From a bacterium (lineage in GTDB: Bacteria; Electryoneota; Electryoneia; Electryoneales; Electryoneaceae), in NCBI GenBank assembly GCA_963675295.2, contig CAXXKJ010000002.1, positions 2,240,001 through 2,304,000 on the forward strand: a DNA stretch of 64,000 nucleotides, read 5' to 3'. The position numbers were made by a program, and so were the translations under genes. Numbering within the stretch: position 1 is the first letter of the stretch; each line of letters opens with the position of its first letter. Under the pieces are notes generated by a model. It made no database searches. It was not told where the DNA came from and was given only the letters and a program-made list of their open reading frames with translations. Positions 19,872 to 28,361 of this stretch are shown one piece after another.

Positions 19872-20468
19872 ATGCTGCCAGATTTTCTAGACAGCAAACA
19901 TCGGTTGCTACAAATCCTTCAATACTCTATGCGATTTGAGTTCGCAAAATCTTCTCCTTTTCTTGGAATGTTGAACAAGTCAATAATTCACGAAGGCAGA
20001 GATCCGATACTGGTAAACGAAGAGCTCGGTTCAGAGGAAATTGTTGTTCTTAAAGAATCTTCTGCAATCTATGAAATAGATCTCAGAACAGTTAGTTCTA
20101 GAAGTCTAAAAGATATCTACAATGATTTTAAATCCATGGCGGAAAATATTGCAAGCGATCAATCACAACATGCAATAAAAGAACTAGATCGCACCCTTGC
20201 CAAAGTGGGAAATGTTATGGATATGGCAGGAAAACCTTTCACTCCCGATAGCTTTATAGCAATGATGGAAAAGATATGGATAGATTTTGACTGTGATGGT
20301 ATGCCACGATTACCACAAATAGTAGTCGGTCCTGATGCAGAAAACGCCGTCCTTGCGATGTTTCAGAAGCTTGATGAGGAGCCATATAAAACACGCATGA
20401 ACGAGTTGATGGCAAAGAAACACGAGGAATATCTTGAAAGAGAGAGTCATAGAACATTGGTTGACTAA
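19872..20468 (+). CDS. Hypothetical protein (198 aa), low GC, first gene of the foreign cassette
   Basis: Open frame in AT-rich DNA; AAGGTGG SD-like sequence before ATG 19872; overlaps the next gene by 35 nt. Confidence 0.8.
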   Translation: MLPDFLDSKHRLLQILQYSMRFEFAKSSPFLGMLNKSIIHEGRDPILVNEELGSEEIVVLKESSAIYEIDLRTVSSRSLKDIYNDFKSMAENIASDQSQHAIKELDRTLAKVGNVMDMAGKPFTPDSFIAMMEKIWIDFDCDGMPRLPQIVVGPDAENAVLAMFQKLDEEPYKTRMNELMAKKHEEYLERESHRTLVD

Positions 20469-22068
20469 GGCGACCGAACGGACTTTCCAGGTACCTTTCG
20501 CTTACATGCTTGCAAGTCGAGGATTTACTGTGCTTCATGTCACTCGACACTGCGCAATGGAACTAGGTAAAGATGTCATTGCTGTTGATAGTGAAGGGCT
20601 TGTTTGTGCTTTTCAATTAAAGACTGGAGATCTGAATAAATCTAAATGGCGGGATATTTATTCACAAATCCAGGAGTTGTTAGAAAGTACTGTAATACAT
20701 CCCTCTATTCCTTCAACTTCTGATTATCAGTCATATCTTGTTATTAATGGAAAAATAGAAGAGGAGGCGCAAATAGCAATTGATGCTAGTAATCGTAATT
20801 GGGTATCGCGTGGATTCCGTCCTCTCAAAACTATTGTAGGATCGCAACTTGAAAAATGGGCTAGTGATCTCGGCACTTCATTGTGGCCTACAGAGATTAG
20901 GGAAATGAAAGATGTTTTGGAGTTGTTTCTCAATGATGGGTTATCTTTATTTCCTAAAGAAAAATATGCTCGCATTATTCAAACGATGCTTCCCTACAAC
21001 TATACAAAGAACAATAAGAAACCAAGTATGGCTGCTCGAAATAGAGCAACATCAAGTGCATCACTTTTAACTTCTATTGTTCTATCAAATTTCAGTAAAA
21101 ATGAAAATTTTGTCGCTGAATTTGAGGCTTGGACTATTTACTTATCGTACGTATTTTCAATAGTAGATCGCTGGTCAACCTCACAACAAAGCTATTCCAA
21201 TGAGATTAATATTGCAAAAACAGCTATCGAACACGCACTTATTAATTTAGTAGATGAAATTAGGGAAAGAAAACACTTTGTTGAGGGTGATGCATCTGTC
21301 GACGCACCTTATTATAGGATACGAATAACTTGGGTAATCGGCATACTAAGTGCATTTGGCATAAAGCGCAGGATTGAATCGCAGAAAGACGATGAGCTTG
21401 ACAATACTATCAAAACATTTGTATTAGACCATATTACTGAAATGGTAATATGGGGAGAATCAGCGATACCTAGCTATCTATCAGTATTTTGGTATCTAAA
21501 GAAGATAGGGAAATACACAAGTGCGAATCACTTTTTGTATGGTGTGATTAATAGTATAGTCGTAGGTCACAGTAACGAGGAAAAGTATATCGCAAACCCA
21601 TATTATCAAGCAATCGACTTGATACCTTATATGCTTGATGATCAGTTAGCAGAGGTATGTCCCTTACCATATAGAGTCTCCACTAAGCCTTTTGAAGATA
21701 ATTCCAAAGGTATATCTTATACGTTAGAATCACTCCTTGATATTATTGTAAGAGAAAATTGGAGGCTACATTTTAAGGTAATATGGCCGTCAGCATCACG
21801 AATAATGTCACGCAAATTCAGATATAAAAAGACCTGGCACTATTATTGGTGGAGGTGTGGTGAAGAAGGCCAGGAGGTAGTTACGTTGAGACATCCGACA
21901 CAGAGCTGGCAGAAGCTTAGGAAAGATACTTCTGATGTTTCTGGAAACATTTTACCAAAATCCATGAAAGAATCTCCTTATTACGTGCTTTATCACTTGC
22001 TCGTATTCCCACACCGAATCTCACCAAGTGTAATTCGGTGGCTTGACCACCAAATAAGAGGGGTGTAA
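20434..22068 (+). CDS. Putative PD-(D/E)xK (Mrr-like) nuclease domain protein with a long helical C-terminal region, low GC
   Basis: 544-aa ORF in AT-rich DNA; N-terminal ELGKDVIA...AFQLKTG motif (D...QxK). Confidence 0.75.
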   Translation: MKERVIEHWLTKATERTFQVPFAYMLASRGFTVLHVTRHCAMELGKDVIAVDSEGLVCAFQLKTGDLNKSKWRDIYSQIQELLESTVIHPSIPSTSDYQSYLVINGKIEEEAQIAIDASNRNWVSRGFRPLKTIVGSQLEKWASDLGTSLWPTEIREMKDVLELFLNDGLSLFPKEKYARIIQTMLPYNYTKNNKKPSMAARNRATSSASLLTSIVLSNFSKNENFVAEFEAWTIYLSYVFSIVDRWSTSQQSYSNEINIAKTAIEHALINLVDEIRERKHFVEGDASVDAPYYRIRITWVIGILSAFGIKRRIESQKDDELDNTIKTFVLDHITEMVIWGESAIPSYLSVFWYLKKIGKYTSANHFLYGVINSIVVGHSNEEKYIANPYYQAIDLIPYMLDDQLAEVCPLPYRVSTKPFEDNSKGISYTLESLLDIIVRENWRLHFKVIWPSASRIMSRKFRYKKTWHYYWWRCGEEGQEVVTLRHPTQSWQKLRKDTSDVSGNILPKSMKESPYYVLYHLLVFPHRISPSVIRWLDHQIRGV

Positions 22069-22090
22069 TAGATCTCACCTCGATTTGATC

Positions 22091-23680
22091 CTAATTACAT
22101 GGAGTTACCTGCCTCACACTATCAATCACCGTCCCATCGACCCACTTGATGATGGCGATATCGTTGTCGAGCAGTTCGGGTTTGGCGGGCGGGCCACCGG
22201 CGAGGCGTTCGACCTCGTGTTTCAGTTCGTGAATGGTTTTCAGGGGCAGGGTGTCGCCGGCGGGCGCGTGTTTGTTCCACGCGTTGACGCGGTCGATCAG
22301 GTCCTGGCGTAGCGGGTTGATCGCGATGCCGCGTTCGGTGACGATCACGTCGATCAGTTCGCCGGGGCCGGTGAGGGTGGTGACGTTGTCGACGATGATC
22401 GGCATACGGTCGCGCATGGACGGGATCGGCAGGATGGTGCATTTGCTGAAGAGGCAGTTCTGCCAACCGCCGATGCCGTGCAGGAGCTGGCCGTCCGAGT
22501 GGGTGACGACGTTGGCGTTGAAATTGACGTCGACCTCGGTCGCGCCGAGCACGACGGCGTCCAGCATGGACGCGAAGTTGCCCTTGCCGTGGTAGTTGTA
22601 GCTGGTGAACGGGCTGGTGTTGATATGGCCCGGATTTTCGCGCATCGAGCGCACGCCTTCCAGGTCAAACGTCTGGCCGTCGAGGATGTAATCGGTCAGG
22701 CCTTCCTCAAGCATATCCACGAGATACTGGGTTGATCCGCCGCGGATGAAGCGGGCCTTGATGCCCATTTCACGCATCATGTCGCGCACGAAGATCGCGA
22801 ACGCGAGCGCGGTACCGCCGGCGCCGGCCTGGAACGACCAGCCGTCATGGAGGATGCCGGTCGCCTTGACGAATTTCGCGGTCAGTTCGGAGATCAGCAG
22901 ACGGTCGGGCGACTTGGTGATGTTGGTGGTGCCGGAGACGATTTTCGACGGGTCGCCGACCTTGTCGAGCACGACGACGGCATCCACGTTCTGCCCCTGG
23001 ATCTGCCATGGGTAGCAGGGGAAGGGGACGAGGTTGTCGGTGACGACGATGACGTGCTTCGCGTACATCGAGTCAGCGAGCGCGAAGCCGAGCAGACCGC
23101 AGGCGGACGGGCCACGGTCGCCAGTGCAATTGCCGAAAGCGTCAGCGGTGGGTGCGGCGATGATCGCGACGTCGATGGAGACGTCACCGTCCTGGATCGC
23201 CTGCCAGCGGCCGCCGTGGCTGCGGAGTACGCCGAAGCCGCGCATCTTGCCCTGGGAGGCGTACGCACCGAGCGGGCCGTTCATCGAGCCTTCGATGTGG
23301 TGGATGGTGCCGTCCTCGAGGCGGTCGATCAGGGGCGCGTGGCACGGGAACGACGCCGACGGGAACCACATCAGGTCCTTGACACCCATCTCTTTCGCGG
23401 CGTCGAAGACCTGGTTCATGACGAGGTCGCCGTTACGGAAATGGTGATGGTTGGAGATGGTCATGCCGTCCCGGAGACCAGCCTTTTCCAGCGCTTCACG
23501 GATGCTGCCGACGACTTTGTTGCCGTCCGCCGGGAAGTCCGCGCAGGTGCGGATCGGGGTGGTCGCCTTGTCGCCTTGGGGGCGAAATTTTCCGACACCC
23601 TGGTACGGGACCTGGTCGCGTCCGTTGACGAAAGTCGGGACAGATCGTCCCGCGGCATTGACTGCGCGTTCGCTGGCCAT
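22091..23680 (-). CDS. citF: Citrate lyase alpha subunit (citrate CoA-transferase) family
   Basis: GLRDGMTISNHHHFRNGD, RSHGGR, SFQAGAGG, LGATEVDVNFNANV, IDVIVTERGIAINP. Confidence 0.9.
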   Translation of the reverse strand: MASERAVNAAGRSVPTFVNGRDQVPYQGVGKFRPQGDKATTPIRTCADFPADGNKVVGSIREALEKAGLRDGMTISNHHHFRNGDLVMNQVFDAAKEMGVKDLMWFPSASFPCHAPLIDRLEDGTIHHIEGSMNGPLGAYASQGKMRGFGVLRSHGGRWQAIQDGDVSIDVAIIAAPTADAFGNCTGDRGPSACGLLGFALADSMYAKHVIVVTDNLVPFPCYPWQIQGQNVDAVVVLDKVGDPSKIVSGTTNITKSPDRLLISELTAKFVKATGILHDGWSFQAGAGGTALAFAIFVRDMMREMGIKARFIRGGSTQYLVDMLEEGLTDYILDGQTFDLEGVRSMRENPGHINTSPFTSYNYHGKGNFASMLDAVVLGATEVDVNFNANVVTHSDGQLLHGIGGWQNCLFSKCTILPIPSMRDRMPIIVDNVTTLTGPGELIDVIVTERGIAINPLRQDLIDRVNAWNKHAPAGDTLPLKTIHELKHEVERLAGGPPAKPELLDNDIAIIKWVDGTVIDSVRQVTPCN

Positions 23681-23709
23681 GATGATGTTCTCGGTTAAGC
23701 GTTGTTCAG

Positions 23710-23840
23710 CCGCGTTTGCAAGCAAACACGGGTACGTGCCTGGGCTACCCGTCTGACTGTTTAACTGTTGCGCGTCCGCGTTTGCAAGCAAACACGGGCA
23801 CTTGCAGTGGAAACACGGACACATTCTTGTTTAACACGGG
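23710..23840. repeat. Duplicated 23-bp palindrome CCGCGTTTGC-AA-GCAAACACGGG plus two half-sites upstream of citF
   Basis: Identical copies at 23710-23732 and 23776-23798; further AACACGG at about 23812 and 23833. Confidence 0.85.
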
Positions 23841-23983
23841 CATTTCGGGTCGTGATGTGCACGTGAATCTGGGAAGATACGAGTCCGATTGCAGGAGTGG
23901 CGGTGAGGTTTCTCAGAGCCATGCGGACTACAGCCCGGATCAGAATTGATCCGGGCTGCATTGGATTCATACCGCCGGGTATC

Positions 23984-25813
23984 TCAGCGGATCAGTGCGA
24001 CGCGGCGGATTTCGTTGCGACCGCCGGGCAGGGTGGCACGGACAAAGTAGATGCCGCTGGCGAAATGGTCAGCGTCGAGGGTGAACTGATGCATGCCGGC
24101 GGATGCCTGTCCACGGGCGAGTTCAGCGACCTGTTGGCCGGAAATGTTGTAGACGGTGACGGCGAGATCGCCGGATTCCGCGAGGTGGACGGTGATCGTG
24201 GCCTGTGCGTTGAACGGGTTCGGGTAGACGGAGAGGACCTCGAACTGGCGCGGTTGGGCCAGGTTGAGGTCAGATGCGACAGATTCGCTGAAGTCGAGCC
24301 AGACGGCTGTCCAGTTGGCGGGGGTGTCCGCCGCAGTCTGCCCGGGCAGCTTCTCAAAGGTGAAGGTGTCCGAGGCGATGATGTCGTTGCCGTCTGCGAG
24401 GTGCAGGGTGTAGGTGTAGGTCCCTGCCGGAGCATAAAACGGGACCGTTTGCCGGGGCGCGGCGGAAACGGTGAAGCCGGGCTGGACGGTGATGCTGTTG
24501 ATCTGCAGCAGCGGTCCGACCTCGGTGCCGTTCGGGGTGATGGCCGAGGTCCAGGCGTCGAAGGTGACCGGTAAATCCGATGTGTTCTCTACGGTGGCGA
24601 TCCAGCGGAAGTTGCCGCCAGAAGCCGGCAGGATGAGGGGCTGGTTGACCGGTGTGGCGGACACGGTCAGCGGCGGGACGGTGTCCGGGAAGTCGAAGAC
24701 GCTGACGAGCCAGCCGTTGTTGTTGCCCTGTCCGCAGATGATGTAGCCGCCGCCATCGACTGGGCAGAAGTCGAGACCGGTGGCGCTGATGGTGAGCATG
24801 AACCCGTGGGTGGATTCCCAGTTGAGGGTGCCGGCCGGGGCCAATTCACCGACCCAGAGCAGCCAGGTGCTGTCATTGCCCTGGTACGCGCCGCAGAAGG
24901 CGACGTTGCCGTCTCCGGTGGTCAGGAAACGGTTGAACCCGTTCCAGCCGTTCACGCCGTATCCGTAGTCCCATTGGTAGATGCCGGACTCGTCCGCGCA
25001 AACGACCCAGGCTTCGGTGTTGAAGCCGGGACCCATGCGTCCGCCGAACATGTAGGTACCGTCGCAGACCGTCGCGCAGGCGAGCAGCTCCATGCCCTCG
25101 GTTCCGTAAGCTTGTTGCCATTGGACGACGCCGTCGGTAGAGGTTTTGACAGCCCAGCCATCTGAGCTGCCCGCGCCGATGGAGAAGGTGCGTCCGACTG
25201 TCAGGTAACCGCCGCCGATGGCTGGAATGATGCCTTCGATGAAGTCGTCGTCGTGCCCGCCGATGGCGTTCTGCCAGATGGTGACACCGTCCGGGGTGAG
25301 CTTCCAGAGGAAACCGTCGTAGCCGGAGAGATAGTCGCCAACTCTTCCGACGACAACGATGTTGCCGTCGTCGTCGACGAGGACGTTGGTGGCTTCATCG
25401 TTGTTGCCGGAGGCCCATGAACTTTGCCAGAGGACGGCTCCGGCGTTGTCGATTCGCATCACCATGGCGTCGCCAACATCGGGGGAGGGGGAATTTGTTC
25501 GACCGGCGATGATGTAGCCGCCGTCCGGGTGGGGTACGATTTTACGCACATCCACGCCGCTCGGATCTACGATGGTCACGAGCTGCAGCCGGGTACCGTC
25601 GGATTCCACCCAGCGCAGGAAAATGGTTGAATCGCGGGCGGAAACGTGGATAAACTGGCCCGCCGGGGCGGGTGCAAGTGAGGCGAGGCTCAGCACATCA
25701 GTATAACTGTCATCCCAGAGCCGGTCACCGGGATCTTGTGCCACAGCGGCGATGGTACCCAACAGGATCAACAGCAGGCAGGCCAACAATGGCACACGAA
25801 ACAGACTCATCAC
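23984..25813 (-). CDS. Secreted beta-propeller-like protein with C-terminal type-A (T9SS-like) sorting domain
   Basis: Signal peptide, repeated DGxxxW..GG motifs, YPNPFNAQATI...ASGIYFVR. Confidence 0.85.
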   Translation of the reverse strand: MMSLFRVPLLACLLLILLGTIAAVAQDPGDRLWDDSYTDVLSLASLAPAPAGQFIHVSARDSTIFLRWVESDGTRLQLVTIVDPSGVDVRKIVPHPDGGYIIAGRTNSPSPDVGDAMVMRIDNAGAVLWQSSWASGNNDEATNVLVDDDGNIVVVGRVGDYLSGYDGFLWKLTPDGVTIWQNAIGGHDDDFIEGIIPAIGGGYLTVGRTFSIGAGSSDGWAVKTSTDGVVQWQQAYGTEGMELLACATVCDGTYMFGGRMGPGFNTEAWVVCADESGIYQWDYGYGVNGWNGFNRFLTTGDGNVAFCGAYQGNDSTWLLWVGELAPAGTLNWESTHGFMLTISATGLDFCPVDGGGYIICGQGNNNGWLVSVFDFPDTVPPLTVSATPVNQPLILPASGGNFRWIATVENTSDLPVTFDAWTSAITPNGTEVGPLLQINSITVQPGFTVSAAPRQTVPFYAPAGTYTYTLHLADGNDIIASDTFTFEKLPGQTAADTPANWTAVWLDFSESVASDLNLAQPRQFEVLSVYPNPFNAQATITVHLAESGDLAVTVYNISGQQVAELARGQASAGMHQFTLDADHFASGIYFVRATLPGGRNEIRRVALIR

Positions 25814-26077
25814 TACCTCCCAGAAATGATGTCCGCGTCAGTGCACCCTGTAACTGGACACCAGTCGAGGGAGAAAGGTTTCAGGTTTTTCGTTGTGGAA
25901 CTAACATTGCTCTGGTGGAGGCTGTTGGGTGGGATGGGGCGTGTTTGGCTCGGCATTGGTCGCGCAAGGTCTGGCGATGGTGGAATCCGGCGCGGGGTTT
26001 GCTGGATCAGAATCGGACATTAGCAGTGCCTAACTTTGAAACACGTTGCGTGGACCGACGGGATTGAGTTTCGACTC

Positions 26078-26782
26078 ATGATATACGAATACCTGATTTT
26101 CAACGTGCTGATCGTTGCCGGGCCGTTGGCCTCGAGCTGGATGCGTCCGATGCGATACGTGCGCAAGTGGCCACGGGTGTTACTGGCGACGTTGCCGGTA
26201 GCGGCGGTGTTCATCACGTGGGACATCCTGGTGACTGGACGTCACTGGTGGTTCAACTACGACTATACTCTGCCGTTGCGCATTCTTGGGCTGCCGCTGG
26301 GGGAATGGCTGTTCTTCTTCACGGTGCCGTTCGCATGTCTGCTGATCTGGGAGGGATTGAAAGCGCGGAATGCGTTTGAGGGGGAGTGTGTCATCTGGCG
26401 CGCGGGTTCAATTCCAATTACGGTTGGTTTCGCGGTGCTGGGGATCGTATTCTGGCTGATGGGGAAGGAATACACATCGCTGGCGAGTTTCGCGATGGCT
26501 GCGAGTTTCGTGCTTGACCGTGTGCTGGGGGTGAATGTCTTCATGCGCCGACGAGCGACGGTATTCCTGTTCTTCGTAATCGCGCTGACCGCAATTTTCA
26601 ACATGTTCTTGACCGCGCGGCCGGTGGTGCTGTACGGGGAGGAATTTCAGCTCGGATTCCGGGTGATCACGATCCCGATCGAGGATTTTTTCTATGGGAT
26701 GGCGTTGCTCGGGTCGGTGTTGGTCCTGTATGAGAAACTGGGGGAGCGGATGAAGGCTGTGAAGGGCAACGATGCCAAATGA
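26078..26782 (+). CDS. Lycopene cyclase domain protein (fused CrtYc/CrtYd-type, membrane)
   Basis: FITWDIL..WWFN, LPLGEWLFFFTVPF and second-repeat IPIEDFFYG; overlaps the crtI-like gene. Confidence 0.85.
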   Translation: MIYEYLIFNVLIVAGPLASSWMRPMRYVRKWPRVLLATLPVAAVFITWDILVTGRHWWFNYDYTLPLRILGLPLGEWLFFFTVPFACLLIWEGLKARNAFEGECVIWRAGSIPITVGFAVLGIVFWLMGKEYTSLASFAMAASFVLDRVLGVNVFMRRRATVFLFFVIALTAIFNMFLTARPVVLYGEEFQLGFRVITIPIEDFFYGMALLGSVLVLYEKLGERMKAVKGNDAK

Positions 26783-28247
26783 AGTCGCGGTGATCGGGGG
26801 CGGCCTCGGCGGACTGGCAGGCGCGATCAAGCTGGCGGCGCAGGGGCACACGGTCCGGCTGGTGGAACAGAATTCGTCCCTCGGCGGGAAGATGGGGGAG
26901 GTGCGCGAGGCGGGGTACAGGTTTGATACCGGGCCCAGTTTGCTGACGATGCCGTTCGTGCTCGATGATCTGTTCGCCTCGGTGGGCAAGGATGCCGCGA
27001 AGGAGCTGCCGATCCGTTCGTTACCTGTGATCTGCCGCTATTTCTACCCTGATGGCACGGTGCTCGATGCAGACAGCGATCTTGACCGTTTCCGCGATAA
27101 CCTCGACCAGTTGAAGCCGGGGAATGGGAAGGCGTTGCAACGATTCCTCGATTACTCACGGACGATTTACAACCTCACCGCCGATGTCTTTCTGTTCACT
27201 CCGTTTCACGAAATCGGACGGCTGCTGAAACCGCGTCACCTGAAATCTCTGTTCAGCCTGCCGAAAATCGACGCCTTCCGCACGGTTCACCAATCCAACG
27301 AAGCGTTTTTTGATGATCCGCGGCTGGTGCAGCTGTTTGACCGCTACGCGACGTACAACGGGTCGGACCCGTTCCAGGCACCGGCGACGCTGAACGTGAT
27401 TCCGCACGTCGAATATTCTCTCGGTGGGTACTATGTCGAGGGCGGGATGTATCGGCTGGTGGAGGTGCTGGCGGGATTGGCGGACGAACTGGGTGTCGAG
27501 GTGCACACTGGCGCGACGGTGCGGCGGATTCGTCATCGCAACAAGCAGGTGCGGTCGATTGAGACCAGCGTGGGGGAGATGCGTGCGGACGCGGTATTGT
27601 GCAACATGGATGTGGTCACCGCGCACCGGCGCTTGCTGCCGGAATATGCCGCGAAAGCGGCGAAGCTTGAAAAGTTGGAGCCGTCACTGTCCGGGATGGT
27701 GTTTCTGTGGGGAGTGAAGGGCCGGCACGAGCAGCTGTCGCATCACAATATCCTGTTTTCGCAGGACTATCAACATGAGTTTAAACAACTGTTTGAAACG
27801 CTGATCGTGCCGGATGATCCGACGGTGTACATCTCGATCACCGAACGTGCGGATGCTGATCACGCTCCGGACAGCTGCGAAAACTGGTTCGTGCTGGTGA
27901 ATATGCCGTATCTCGCGCCGGGGCAGGATTGGGACGAGGCGGTGCAGCGGACGCGGGAAGCGGTGTTGCGCAAGTTGCGTGAAATTGGAATCGACCTCGC
28001 TGGGAAGGTGGAAACGGAACAGATCCTGACGCCGGAAGATTTCGCCATGCGGACCGCGAGCAACCGGGGCAGTATTTACGGGCTGTCGTCCAATGGGCGG
28101 GCAGCAGCGTTCCGGCGTCCCCCGAACCGCAGCCGGGAGTTGAACGGCCTGTATTTCGCGGGCGGTTCGGTTCATCCCGGTGGCGGAATTCCGTTGACGC
28201 TACTCTCCGGCCAGATGGCGGCGGAGTTGATCGATGAACGGTTGTAG
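26772..28247 (+). CDS. crtI: Phytoene desaturase (CrtI/CrtD) family carotenoid desaturase
   Basis: VAVIGGGLGGL, GYRFDTGPSLLTMP, RYATYNGSDP, LYFAGGSVHPGGGIP; exact subfamily uncertain. Confidence 0.85.
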   Translation: MPNEVAVIGGGLGGLAGAIKLAAQGHTVRLVEQNSSLGGKMGEVREAGYRFDTGPSLLTMPFVLDDLFASVGKDAAKELPIRSLPVICRYFYPDGTVLDADSDLDRFRDNLDQLKPGNGKALQRFLDYSRTIYNLTADVFLFTPFHEIGRLLKPRHLKSLFSLPKIDAFRTVHQSNEAFFDDPRLVQLFDRYATYNGSDPFQAPATLNVIPHVEYSLGGYYVEGGMYRLVEVLAGLADELGVEVHTGATVRRIRHRNKQVRSIETSVGEMRADAVLCNMDVVTAHRRLLPEYAAKAAKLEKLEPSLSGMVFLWGVKGRHEQLSHHNILFSQDYQHEFKQLFETLIVPDDPTVYISITERADADHAPDSCENWFVLVNMPYLAPGQDWDEAVQRTREAVLRKLREIGIDLAGKVETEQILTPEDFAMRTASNRGSIYGLSSNGRAAAFRRPPNRSRELNGLYFAGGSVHPGGGIPLTLLSGQMAAELIDERL

Positions 28248-28361
28248 AGACACTTCTAGTAAATGCGGTAAAGGCAGATGGTTTGTGATGAATAGTGCGA
28301 AAAAACTACCGTCTGTCCCCAATAAGAGGAATCTCACCTGTGGATGGGGCCACGAGTTTGA

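Noticed and set aside
19872-22068. Classical type II restriction-modification system
   Set aside because: No methyltransferase motifs (FxGxG, DPPY/NPPY, PC) in either ORF or nearby.
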